Assembly (NCBI RefSeq): GCF_001194135.2
Contig: NC_068986.1
Location: forward strand, 84,695,581-84,759,580
Length of the DNA stretch: 64,000 bases
Source of the DNA: Octopus bimaculoides
Lineage: Eukaryota
Reading direction: 5' to 3'
Shown here: positions 9,866 to 22,457 of the stretch, piece after piece
How the letters are laid out: every line of letters starts with the position of its first letter
Position numbering within the stretch: position 1 is the first letter of the stretch
The notes under the pieces: generated by a model
What the model was told of the DNA's origin: nothing
Seen by the model: the letters and a program-made list of their open reading frames with translations, nothing else
Databases searched by the model: none
Made by a program: the position numbers and the translations under genes

Positions 9866-10315
9866 TAAGGCGGCGAAGGCGGTGAACTGGCAGAATCGTT
9901 AGCACGCCGGGCAAAATGCTTAACGGCATTTCGTCCGTCTTTACGTTCTGAGTTCAAACTCCGCCGAGGTCTACTTTGCCTTTCATCCTTTGAGAACTGA
10001 TAAAAAAAAGTACTAGTGAAACACTGGGGTCGATGTATTCATGTATTCGACTCATTTCCTCCCCTAAGACTGCTGATCTTGTGGCAAAATCTTAAACTAT
10101 TATTAAAGCGGTGAGTTGGCAGAATCGTTAACACGCCGGGAAAAATGCTTAGCACCATTTCATCTGTTGTTACGTTCTGGGTTCAAATTCCGCCGAGTTC
10201 GATTTTGCCTTCCAACCTTTCGGGTTTGATAAAATAAGAACCAGTTGAATGTTGGAGTCGATCTAATGAATTAAACCCATCACCCAAAGTTGCTGGCCTT
10301 ATGCCAAAATTTGAA
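9866..10315 (+). mobile_element. Two tandem tRNA-SINE copies (family B, MetaSINE-like central domain)
   Basis: Head GGCGGCGAGCTGGCAGAATCGTTAGCACGCCGGGC, B box GTTCAAATTCC, central GGTCGACTTTGCCTTTCATCCTT. Confidence 0.85.
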
Positions 10316-10581
10316 ACTAATATTGATTGTTACGTAATTTATTCTAGGTTTATTTTAAGCTCTTCTCACCATAAAATGTTATAACTTTGACGTCTCTAAC
10401 ATATCTACCTTAAAAGATGATATATACGAAATTTATATATCTCGTCTAACATAAACTATGGGTGTGACATACAAAAATACGAAGATGAGCATGTAAAATG
10501 AATGACGAGGCTGTAACTGTAGAACAAAAATGTTGACATTTTTATTTTGATAAAATGCACGAATACTGATTTATTTCATGT

Positions 10582-10747
10582 AGGCGTAGGATTGGCTGTG
10601 TGGTAAGTAGCTTGCAAACGAACCACATGGTTCCGGGTTCAGTCCCACTGCATGGCACTTTGGGCAAGTGTTTTCTACTATAGCCTCGGGCCAACCAAAT
10701 CCTTGTGAGTGGATTTGGTAGACGGAAACTGAAAGAAGCCCGTCGTA

Positions 10748-10793
<46 letters not shown>

Positions 10794-11010
10794 TATGTGT
10801 GTGTGTGTATATGTGTCTGCTTTTGTCCTCCCAACATCGCTTGACAACCGATGCTGGTGTGTTTACGTCCCCGTAACTTAGCGGTTCGGCAAAGAGGCCG
10901 ATAGAATAACTACTAGGCTTACAAAGAATAAGTCCTGGGGTCGTTTTGCTCGATTAAAGGCGGTGCTCCAGCATGGCCACACTCAAATGACTGAAACGAG
11001 TGAAAGAGTA
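10582..11010 (+). mobile_element. Full-length CORE-type SINE (family A, OR2-like)
   Basis: tRNA-like head with GGTTCAGTCCC, core, internal (TA)/(TG) microsatellite and conserved tail. Confidence 0.9.
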
Positions 11011-11407
11011 TTAATTTCACTTTCTAGTCATACACACGTATACACCTATCAAAATATATACACAGGCATATACCAAATCAATAACAAAAAAAAAACAACT
11101 AAATACAAGAAAGAACAAAGGACGTTCACATCAATTATTATCTGGTTATTACAAAAAAAAAATGTTATAAAGTGAAAATTATATATAGACATGTTTAGTC
11201 TTGTTTTTTTTTTTTTTACTGGACTGCGCCACTGGGTTCCGGCCGCATTGGGGCTTTGGTGTCCAGGATTTTAGATGAGTATATCAACTCAGTACTAATT
11301 TTATTCATCTTGTAAGGGGGAAACGTAAAGTCGATTTGGGTGTAACAAGGAGGTACTGAGAAGGATTCAATGTTTACAAAGCACTATTTTAATTCGCACT
11401 AATTCTG

Positions 11408-11459
<52 letters not shown>

Positions 11460-12944
11460 GTCTGTGCGCAAGTACGACAGGCTGGCACAGACTTTTTTCA
11501 AGCAAGTTTCTCTCATAAACGTTGGGTTATCCTGAGTAGTATAGTAGTACTGTGGACTAAACCCAGGTGATAGATTATGCTAAATACATTAATAGGAAAC
11601 ACAACACAAAAATTAATATAATCGAGACACCAAAACTTTTGCAGACTCTTGATAAGTGCAAGTCCCTTAACAAGTGATTGAGCTCATTTTCATTAAATTG
11701 CTGTGGGTTTGATTAGCTAGTGCCAAAGTTATCCGGATCATCTGTTGCTTCTTCTGGTTCGGTAGATACTTCCTGGTTATCAAGCTCATGAAATTTGGGT
11801 ATCTTGAAATCGAGACGCAGTGGTAAAAGAATGGATCCCACTTTGAATTCCGCATATCAAAAAGCATCTTCGAATCAAATGAAAACGTCTTAATAGCAAA
11901 ACACAAGATGGGCTTGTGTATTCTACGTAGGAAGGCATTTAAAACAACACGGAAAAATGTAGGCATTTAGAAAAAAAATAGTCGCGTTTAATAATTAAAT
12001 TCAACATAAACAATGAACAAACTCTTCGTATTGCTTGAAAGAATAAATAAATACATAAAATTAAAATGTTATTGTATTACAAAAAAATGCCTTTTGGAAA
12101 GTTCTGTAGAATAATAGCGTTTATAATATAGAAGTTCTGTAACACATTAATATATGATGAAAGACATTTTGGGAAATCCACTTTTTAAAAACGAAGCCTG
12201 ATATAACATAACGGTTATTCGACAAATACAAAGCAACAGATTATTATAATATCTAAAGCATAAAAATACTCATATTTACAACATTCAAAAGATTTTTGGT
12301 CGTTAACTTTTGGCAAATTACTCTGATATCATCAACACTATCTAAAAGAATCTAAACCAAATGCAGAAATAGCTTGTTCAGTAGTCAATTAATGATCCAT
12401 TAACTTTTCTCTAAAATATTACCCAATAGGGTAACTAAACATATAGAAATGAATAAATCATATTCCTGTAGAGCAGAAAGGATGTATGTTCAAGTTTTGT
12501 GGGACAATCAACTCGTTTCTTAACAGAATGATGGTACTGTATGATGGCACGATAAAGAAAAATAAAATTGTCATGTACGTGGACCGACAACAGGAAGGAT
12601 TTTGTTCCGACCCTACGTGAGTGGCTTATCAAAATGTACATCAGTTTAACACCAGAATGTACTACATTAAAACAATTGTAAAATGTCAAATAGTTCTAAT
12701 CGTCATCAACAACTCTACGACCACGAGCTTTAATTTCTATGGCATATCTACTCTGATCTTCCATAAGTGAACAATTTCTGATCTTCATTCATCCAATACT
12801 TGATACATTTCAGTTGATCAATAAAATTGCAAATTCGAGAAACTCTGGGCGCAATAGAAAGACTAGACTGATTAATTATCTCTGCTTCATGGATACCCTA
12901 AAATTGTATGTTACGGACGTTTCTCAACTTGGAAGTATCAATAT

Positions 12945-13150
12945 TAGTTTCAAATTTTGGCCATTAGTTTCAGGGCGGTGGGTAAGTCAGTTGCATCGAC
13001 CTCAGTGCTTAACTGACACTTAATTTATAGACCTCGGAAGGACGAAAGGCAAAGTCGACTTCGGCAAAATTGAACTCAGAACGTAAAGACGGACGAAATG
13101 TCGCTCATCATTTTGCCCGGCGTGCTAACGATTCTGCTAGCTCTCCGCTA
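12945..13150 (-). mobile_element. Family B SINE
   Basis: Reverse complement of the family B head and centre. Similar minus-strand copies lie at ~17040-17135, 26585-26965, 27765-27882, 27960-28140, 30680-30760 and 51290-51490. Confidence 0.8.
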
Positions 13151-13849
13151 TAGAAATCTCTTCAATATTGTCAAGTAGTTTAGTAAGACCTTTAAAATGT
13201 CTTATGGATTGGAGAAACAATACATGAAACTGACGATGCAATGAGGCAGAGTGTGAGCAAACAATTTGGAGCTTCATAAGAAGTTAATACAGGAACTGGA
13301 CGATTTTGCATTCCTGAAATATTTGGGCTTAGCGGAGAATGAAATTTTGTGAACGCGTACTTATGTGCAAACATCTTTGGAACGGTAATGAAGACTGAAT
13401 ACTCTGGGAGAGACAAAGAATATTATAGACCTATCTCAGTAGCAAAGGCACATCCGAAGCCATTTATAAATTTTCTGGGTATTGGACAAGAAAGTTACTG
13501 AGGTTAAGTGCGTAGACTTGAAACGAAAGAACTATAAAACACAAATGTGACATTGTTGTATTCTGTGTTTTAAAATATTTCTTTTTCAGACTGAAAACAA
13601 TTTGTGAAGCATATTTATTGAAAGCTCTCACTATGCCACATTGAATCCCTAATAAACAAAGCAACATGGATGTTTGCTCAAACGCCTGTACATCACAAAA
13701 TACCTCAAGGTGAACGGTGTCTTTTTACCCCCCAGATAAAAGCTTATCTGGGGTAAAGGTGCTAAAGTGTCAATATTTCGAATGTCTTTGTTGGCGAAGA
13801 ATAAAAAATACTGACATCTCTATATAATCGAGCTTTGCTAATTCACTTC

Positions 13850-14270
13850 CAATTCCACCGTCCTCCTACTTACCGCCTCTCCCCATTTCCCTTCCCCATC
13901 TCCCTTCCCCATCTCCCCTCCCCATCTCCCCTCCTCACCCCCTCTCCATTTCCCCTGCCCCACTCACTCTCCCTTCCCTCTCTCCTCTCTCCTCTCTCCT
14001 CTCTTCCCCCTCTCCTCCCTTCCCTCTCTCCTCTCTTCCCTCTCTCTTCTACCTTCTCTCTCTCTCCTCCATTCCATCTCTCCTCCCGCCCCCCTCCCCC
14101 GCTTTTTCCTCTTTCTCATCTTTCCTCCCTCTTTCTCATCTTTCCTCCCTCTTTCTCATCTTTCCTCCCTCTTTCTCCTCTGTCCTCCCTCTCCTGTCCA
14201 CCACCCACCTCCCTTCCCCATATCTCCCTCTCCCCATCTGAACTCTTCCCATCTGAACCATGTCAATTCC
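13850..14270. repeat. ~420 bp polypyrimidine (C/T) tract with short internal tandem units
   Basis: Almost only C and T on the + strand, with repeated CTCTTTCTCATCTTTCCTCC. Confidence 0.9.
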
Positions 14271-14719
14271 TCCCTTAATATTTTCTCCTCCCGCTTAACC
14301 GTACCAGTTAAAGCCTATTTCTTTCCCACAAGCTTCTCTTACCTCCATTCTAACCTGACTTTACTTCAAACAATATTCTTACACACTCATTAGTTTTTTT
14401 CTTCTCCCCTCTCACTTTTCGTATTTCCAGTTTGCTTCTTATTTCGCTTATTCTTCTCAACATCATTTATCACTTACTCGTACTTTCCTTCTACTGAAAC
14501 CAATATAAATTGGTTCAATTAACAGTTCAGAAGTATAACTTCCTTGATGATGTTCAGATAACATTTGCTTAACTGAAAACGTGTGTGTGTGTGTGTGCGT
14601 GTTTGTGTGCGTGCGCGCGTGCTGTATGAGTAGTTATATAATACATTTGGTTTAGTCTTGAGTTCTTTCATAATTGTTTACTAGCACAGTTATCAAATAG
14701 AAATGTTACAGAAAGACAC

Positions 14720-14771
<52 letters not shown>

Positions 14772-15526
14772 ACGCACACACACGTATACGCACACATACT
14801 AGAATATGAGTATGTGTGTGTGTGTGTGTGTGTATGTGTTACAACTTGCCCGACAAATTTGACGATAACCTAACAGCTATCAATAAGGGATTTAAAAAAA
14901 AATAAATATTACAAATGACAAGATTAAGAAACAGAGGAGAAAGTAGTCACACTGTTCGTTGAGGTGTGGTGATCAATGGAGACAATATCTTCGCCCACGC
15001 ACCTCAACAGAGGACGCACCTATACGAACGACTTACCAGCTCATGGGAGTATGATTAGAATACATGGAAATAATGGATTACTGAAAATGGCAAAGTATGA
15101 GTGTCATTATATCTAACTGAAAACAAATTATGTAAGAAGCATCTGCAGGTATGTCCTTACGCCTATACGCGCAGCCTGTCCACGAACTAGCAAAACACAG
15201 AGCATGATATTATTGAATTTTACCCTTTCTATTTCAAGAGCTTCTATTCAAGACCCGTTTTCTTAATCACCTTTGAATTCGAAGCGAAGCATTTGTAGGT
15301 GCATGAATTATATTTAGCAAACATTTCAAAAGTGAACAAAATAGCTATTGGCGACATTAAATGCATCTTGGTTTATTCTGTTCACATCAGATCAGAAAGA
15401 TAAGCTCACAATCCGGTTTATAGACTCTTGAAAACAATCCCAATGCACCTTTTGTTAACATTAGTAGCAGACAGTTGTTCACAAATACTGAAATTTTGAC
15501 GGGAATCATTTTGCCTTTCGTTACTA

Positions 15527-16094
15527 CGATGTCTGTTTGAAAAGTAACGGAACTGGGTGCGTTGTGTGAGCTATGAGCATCGTCCACAGTAAGTTCTTGC
15601 CACAGGACAAGATAATCAATCAGCAAGTCTATAAAATAGTCCTGCAGCGTTTGCTTCGTTCAGTGTGTGAGAAGAGACGAGAATTGTGGCAGGGCAAACC
15701 GTGGCTGCTTCACCACGATACTGCATCTGCTCACAATGCCCTAAGCATCCGGTATTTCCTAGCCGAGAACATCGTCGCACCGGGACAACCTCCCTATTCA
15801 CCTGATCTTGCTTCGTGTGACTTTTTTTGTTTTTTCTTCTTTTCTCCAAGCTCAAGGGGCTCATCAAATAGACCTGTTTTGAATGCGTGTAATCCATCAA
15901 CAGGGCCGTAACCGCGAAGCTGAGGGACTTTCCAAATGAATCCTTTCAGAAGTGCATAGAAACGTTGCACAGAAGGATGGAAAAGTGCATTAGACTCGAG
16001 GGAGATTACTTTGAAAGGGAAATTATGTAGTTTGTTGTTTGAAATTGAAATAAATTGTTTGACACAAGTGCCGCTACTTTTCAGACTGACCTCG
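15527..16094 (+). mobile_element. Internally deleted mariner transposon (transposase 3' part)
   Basis: 30 bp TIRs (CGATGTCTGTTTGAAAAGTAACGGAACTGG vs reverse complement CGAGGTCAGTCTGAAAAGTAGCGGCACTTG, 24/30) with TA on both sides. Translation includes LLHHDTASAH and PPYSPDLASCDFF. Confidence 0.9.
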
Positions 16095-17174
16095 TATTCT
16101 CTGCGTAGGAGTGGGGCGAAATTGGTAACTGGGACAAAAATAGTAATTTCTGATTACTCGTTAGTTTCTCTCCACCTGTTTGAAGCTATTACATTACAAG
16201 TATTGCATCATCATTTTGTACTGCTACGTCATCCTTGGGAGTAAAAATTTGTTAGCATACTTGTAAAGATGAGAGAGTTAGAAACATACCCAGGTGGCGT
16301 ACTTTTTTTGAAGAGCATTTTTCCTCAACTTTGGTCCGATTGTAATTGTAATAAAATATCTTGATAATTTTTTATTTTTAACAAACAATATTCTTTTCTC
16401 TGTTGGATTCCAAGTCAATTTTCTCTACACTAATGGCTAATTCGTAAATTTTCAATTTTGAAAAGATGATGTCTAAAATGGGGTAAAACAGTAATTATTA
16501 ATTTCTGTTTAACTACGTTGTGCGTAAATATATCTAGAAAAGAGCCATTTTTTGTTTGCAGTTTCTTATGGAGGGTATATCTATTTATGAAGTGATAATT
16601 ACTACTAAACTACCATTCCGACAAGGCTATGATATATAATAGAAACTAGAGACATATAGCAAGTCAAAAATTACTATAAGAATTATTCACCCCACGTGGT
16701 ATCGATACAGAAATTTTGGGGGTCTGGGCTCAAGGACTATATGACCTTTTAAAAACAATACATTCATTCACATACACACTAACCACACACATATAGGTTT
16801 ACATCATGAGGATTTAGAAATTCTAAGACACATGAAATAAATCTTAATGGTTGTCGAAGAAGATAAAGCTACAGGTAGTAGAGTATAGAATATTGAGTTA
16901 AAAATACTCACTTAGAAGGAAAAAAAAACAACTTTTTACACCCAAGCTTTTTAACCCGATAATCTATATTGTTATTTATAGTTTCATCTGCTCGGAGTTC
17001 CACTTTTAAAAGTTACGCGCGCACGCGCACACACATATTTTATCGACTCCGAAAGAGAAGGAAGCAAAGTCGACCTTGCCGGAATTTGAACTCAGAACGT
17101 AAAGACGGATGAAATACCGCTAGCGACTTAGTCTGCTCTGGCAACATAAATAACAATTAAAATTGAACAAATTA

Positions 17175-17875
17175 AAACTCCGAAAAGGGGAGGTGCTTTA
17201 AGGTTCACGTGGAAAACCCAGAAAAGCCACGGGTGTCTGATCAAGAAGGTAAAAGCCCTTCTCCATTAATTCCCCTTTTTTACAGGTGCACGCTCAGAAT
17301 CGGTCCTTTCACAGTGGCCATTCTTTCAACTTGCATCCACATTTCAATAACTTACTACAAGGAAACACTTCTCTCTCTACCCTCAACTTTCTTTTTAAGT
17401 GAAACTTGAAAAAGTTGATGAGGTATTGACCAAAGAGGAAAGTGTTTGTCTTTAGCCCTTTCAAACGGGTCAACCTTATTACCGCTTTCGCTACAACCAC
17501 TAGACAGATAAAAAATTTCCTGCCCCTAACGGGCAAAAGAGGGCGGCGGAGCAATCTTCACAATGGATTAAGCTGATAGCCGGATCCGTCCTGCATGTGA
17601 CAGCAGGTGTTCGACATAAATCCACAAGTCAGCAATACTCAGGCACTGGACAATGGCGTGCAGAACGGTTTCATTGCTCCGGGTGCACCTCGGGCAGGCC
17701 AGGCTGATGACACTTCCGTGCCTCTAAAGTTTATCTCGAACAGGTAGTGCCAGGCAAGAGGCTTCTGGAAGTTATCCACAGGCCCAGGCCCGAAAGTTCT
17801 CCGAAACAGACCGGTTAGTTGATCTTCATCGACGTCCAGAGTTTCCCCGAGAACGTCGTCGCATTTTCTCTCCAT
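17175..17875 (-). mobile_element. L1/Tx1-like LINE, ORF2 C-terminus plus 3' UTR
   Basis: Minus-strand translation LPVRDKL*RHGSVISLACPRCTRSNETVLHAIVQC (CCHC knuckle). Homologous to 43695-44292. Confidence 0.75.
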
Positions 17876-18185
17876 TAGCCCTCTATAGAACGCTAGACTG
17901 GAACTACCACCGACTGCATTGCTTGCCTGGCGGAAGGCTGTGAGCGCTTGACAGAAAATAGTAATAGCTTACAATAGCTTACAACAGTGCTACTACCACC
18001 ACCAACAATACAAGCAAATGATAATACTAATGATAACATGCCCTGAGTATGCCACGAAACTGCATACAGTTGTGGCGTCACGAAGTGAGAAAACCTAGGA
18101 ATACCAGGCTGGTGTCTGGCGAGGTTAAGCTTGTCTGATGGGAGGAAGGGGTTCCTCCAGTCTTGGTCGGCAACCCCTCTAGAGA

Positions 18186-18286
18186 GGTTGTGCCACTGAT
18201 GGTTGTGCCACTGATGGTTGTGCCACTGATGGTTGTGCCACTGATGGTTGTGCCACTGATGGTTGTGCCACTGATGGTTGTGCCAC
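18186..18286 (+). repeat. Perfect 15 bp minisatellite (GGTTGTGCCACTGAT) x6.7
   Basis: Read directly from the sequence. Confidence 0.95.
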
Positions 18287-18479
18287 CTCAGCACCAAAAT
18301 ACTCAGGAGTGAAAATGTCATACAAAGATATAAAACAATGGATTAAACGAGACTGGCACTCAAAATAGTGTACACGAGGGTAGGTGTGGACTCTCGGAGC
18401 CTTGGTTGACAACCCACCTAGTGATGGTGTCACAATAAAAATAATAATGATTACACAACCTTACAAATACTACCTCGAA

Positions 18480-20000
18480 ATGAGTGATGTCAAAATTAAA
18501 AAAAATAACCACAACGGCTCTAACGGGACTGTTAACAGTGAAGGTTTCGCGCAGGCGGGAAGTACTTCATCAAGCTCCAGCAGGTGGTCATCAAGCTATT
18601 GATTAGGATCAAAATCACAGTCAAAAGTGCTACAGAAAAAGAATGAAATGGGGAAAAAAGAAGTAAACAAAATAGTAATAGAATGCTGGCTGAGAAGTGA
18701 ACCAGATAAAAGAGCCTACATGAATTGAACGAAGAGCATATGAGATGAAAAAGGAGGTTTTGAAGTACCACTCAGCAGCGACTGATAGAACAAGCGAGAG
18801 CAATGTCTAGGAACGACTGGATTATGGGAGTAGAGATTGAAGAAAATCAGAGAAGCGTAATAAAAAAGAGCAGAAGAATGAAACAGCAGTAGCAGAAAGC
18901 GGTAATGAAAGGGTAAGAGATGAAGATCATTAAGCAGATGGAAACCGCAGAGTACCAGAGAATACTGATAAAGTAACCAATGAAGACGATCCAGGTGGAC
19001 AAGTGACAGTAAGTACTGCCCAAGACTTGAATAATGAAGAGGAGATTTTAGAATTGTTGCGAGGTATAATGTTTGATGGGAACAATGAAGTATCACCAAA
19101 TATAAGATATTTGGACAGAAAACAAGTGAAGAAAGCCACAGGCAAAGTAAATGACATTTTAATCTTGATTAAAACAGAAAACATCACTTAAACAAACCAG
19201 CTAACCATAGCTGTTGCTAATGTCGTAGCTAACATAGTAGGCTTACAAGTGAAAAACTGAAGATTTAAAAGCAAATGTAAAGAAAGAACCAAACTGGAGG
19301 AAGAGAATACGAATGAAGCTGGAAAAGACACGGAAAAAACTGGAGCAATTGAATAGAATAATGAGAGGAGAACTCAAGAATAGGATAGTGATCAGAAAAT
19401 TGAATGGACAGTACAGTTTAGAAGAAAGGGGAAAACAAACAGTATATGAAGAATTGACACAAAAGGTGACAGCATTAAATGCCAAATTGGAAAAAAATAT
19501 GACGCCAGACGCAAAGATTTCGAACAGAATAGATTGTTCCAATCAAATAAGAGGTGTCTATTTGAGGAAATAGAGGGAGACCAACACCAGGAACTGATTC
19601 CAGATGCAAAAGAAAGTAAAGAATTTTGGGGAAGGCTGTGGAACAAGCCAGCGAGACATAAAAAAGCGCGGAGTGGCTAACAAATGTGGAAAGACAACTT
19701 GAAAGACAACAGAATTTATATATAGTGAGACAGAAGTTTAAAAAAATAGCAAATTGGAAAGGATCAGGCCCGGATGGAGTACAAAGCTATTAGCTGAAGA
19801 ACTTTACGCAGTTGCATGAACGGATCGCTGCGCAACTGGATGACTGCCTGCAGCAATGTCGTGTCCCTGCCTGGAAGACTAGTGAACGAACGCTGCTATG
19901 CCTCAAGGATCTCTTGAAAGAGAACTTGACACCAAATATTCGACCTATAACCTGTTTACTACTAATGTGGAAGCTTATAACCGGTGTCTTGGCGGAAGAC
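18480..20000 (+). mobile_element. R4/Dong-like (RLE-type) non-LTR retrotransposon, 5' part of ORF, 3' truncated, many stops
   Basis: Translations NKIVIECWLRSEPDKRAY, VIRKLNGQYSLEERG..VYEELTQKVTAL..K, GPDGVQSY*LKNFTQLHERIAAQL and NIRPITCLLLMWKLITGVLAEDI. Confidence 0.85.
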
Positions 20001-20224
20001 ATATGTATATGCATATATATATGCATGCTAATACAAGACCCACATTAAACTCCTCACTCGTATCACTATCGTACCAAGTGTTTAACTACGGTCTGTCCAT
20101 CGCACTTACTTGGCGTTACCTGCCACTCTTTGGATACTCTAGATACCAATAGCTCTCATACCTTCGCTTCCTCACTAATACAAGCACTTATTACAGGTAA
20201 TGCTTTCATAATTGATAAACAATT

Positions 20225-20345
20225 CATTGGCATCTCTCTTAAGAACATACCTATTCCTCCCTAAAAGACTTTCCTCTTCCTAAATGACTCTCCTCACCAA
20301 AACTGAAAACCTCATCCGAAGAATGCGTTGGAAAGCCTTTTTTCA
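20225..20345 (+). mobile_element. Penelope-like element, ORF N-terminal fragment
   Basis: Translation SLKNIPIPP*KTF...TKTENLIRRMRWKAFF. Confidence 0.7.
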
Positions 20346-20584
20346 CGACAACCAAAAATACCGAAGAGATAGTTATATGGTCGGTCGACTTAAAACGTCG
20401 TCATTTTAAAATCCTTATTTGACGCTTGGGTATTTGATGCGGAGTCAACTATTTGTGAGTATTCTGTCTGCAGATAGACTTCAGTCGTAGTTTACTCATC
20501 TTTTTCTTCAAGTCTGGAAGTTGTTGACAAAGGTCACAACTATTACACTTCCTCTTCTGACCAAACCCCAAAACTACTGTCTTG

Positions 20585-20885
20585 TACTTAATGAGAGAAA
20601 GAATCGTACTTTATAACATTGATAACACAAGTATGAAAGGCGAAGCACTACTTCCTGACATCGATTACGTATTTTATGACATTGATCACAAAATATGGAA
20701 GGAGTAAGTTGTACTTTATGACCTTGGTCACAGGAAAAGGATATAGTTGTACTTTATGAGATCGATCACAAAGAACATAGTTCTTTACGATGTTAGTCAC
20801 AGAGATATAGAAGGGGCAAGACGTACTTTGTGAGATAGAACATGCAGGAATAGTTCTTTACGACGTTGATCACAGACATATGAAG
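20585..20885 (+). repeat. Degenerate minisatellite, ~8 copies of (G)TACTTTATGACATTGATCACA with variable linkers
   Basis: Recurring core at roughly 35-45 bp spacing, with one longer interval. Confidence 0.7.
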
Positions 20886-21071
20886 GGTAAATCCAGTCAC
20901 ATGCATTATTCTCCGATATGAAAATAAGGATGTAATATTAAAATTTGTTCACGCTTTACAAACGTAGTCTTGTTAGTGGGGTTATTATCTTTTAGACTGC
21001 AATCTGATTATATTATTGACTCCACTTTCGTTCAATACTTAAAATGGTTTACTTGTAAAGGTGAAAGCAAC

Positions 21072-21456
21072 GTTGTTGGCACTCCGTCGCTTACGACGTC
21101 GAGGGTTCCAGTTGATCCGATCAACGGAACAGCCTGCTCGTGAAATTAACGTGCAAGTGGCAGAGTACTCCACAGACACGTGTACCCTTAACGTAGTTCT
21201 CGGGGATATTCAGCGTGACACAGTGTGACAAGGCTGACCCTTTGAATTACAGGCATAACAGAAACAGGAAGCAAGAGTGAGAGAAAGTTGTGGTGGAAGA
21301 GTACAGCAGGGTTCGCTACCATCCCCTGCCGGAGCCTCGTAGAGCTTTATGTGTTTTCGCTCAATAAACACTCACAACGCCCAGTCTGAGAATCGAAACC
21401 GCGATCCTATGACCGCGATTCCGCTGCCCTAACCACTGGGCCATTGAGCCTCCACA
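21072..21456 (-). mobile_element. Full-length tRNA(Arg)-like SINE (family C)
   Basis: Reverse strand begins GGAGGCTCAATGGCCCAGTGGTTAGGGCAGCGG...GGTTTCGATTCTC and ends GGAGTGCCAACAAC. Confidence 0.85.
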
Positions 21457-22264
21457 GATGAAAGCAATAGATAACTCTCAAAGTACAAGTGACGAATGAT
21501 ATTACGTCGATGACAGAAGTATGAAAAGGGAAATCTATCACAATGAATTTTAACTGAAATCATTATCGATAACTGAAACATTCTTACTTAGACAGTTGTA
21601 CCCTCACCTGTACATCCGTCCATTGACCCATTGGACAACAAACTCAGATCTCCAAGTGAGTGCTTTGTAACACAACTAATTTATGTATTGGAACACTTGT
21701 CATTTTTACCACATATCACAATATTACGCCTGTTAGTTAAGTTTAATAATCTAAAACTGCAGTTTCCTGTTCACTCTCATTGTACTTCTTTTCTATTATG
21801 TACCTTTTACTAGAGCTTCTGGTCTACCCAAGATTTATGACATACGTTAGGTAGTTCACATATCACATACTAGATTAATAAAGTGAAAGGAAAATACCTC
21901 GAACAATGTAGTTTAAGAAGGCCTATCAAGAAGGAAGGTCATATGTAGAATGTCTTCAATTATAAGTCTTCTCGTAGCGAAATAAAATAAAAGCTGCGTT
22001 TTTCTCGTGTCCGCATTTCGTCACGATTCACCGCTTGCAGCTTGACATTTTGAATACCCAACAACATACTTTTATACTTATACCTTTAACCTTTATCAGT
22101 TTAGATCTAGGGGGAAACTTATGGGGTTTGATATTATTGAATCCACCCACAATTTTAAAATAAGTTTGAGTTTGTGTGTGCGTGTATGTATATATATATA
22201 TATTGTATGTATATATATATATATATATATTCATTGTGCTTTTAATTATTAATTTTTCTATATG

Positions 22265-22420
22265 TGATAGTGGAATTTCATCGATGAGTTCTTGAAACTT
22301 GGTTCTTTTCCTTAAAACTATATATTTTTATATATTATAATCTATAAAGCTCAATTTAATTTTAATTTTTTATAAATTGATTTTAATTGAGTTTTTACCT
22401 GTAATTTTGGATTTTGTCCC
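22265..22420. mobile_element. Part of an AT-rich TIR element (internal segment plus one ~70 bp TIR); the complementary part is at 40158-40290
   Basis: Segment GGACAAAATCCAAAATTACAGG... is in opposite orientations at the two loci, while AGTGGA(A/T)TTTCATCGATGAGTTC is forward in both. Confidence 0.55.
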
Positions 22421-22423
22421 TAA

Positions 22424-22457
<34 letters not shown>

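Noticed and set aside
20585-20885. CRISPR-like repeat/spacer appearance
   Set aside because: The repeats are highly degenerate, the linkers are related to each other, there are no cas genes, and the context is an animal genome.
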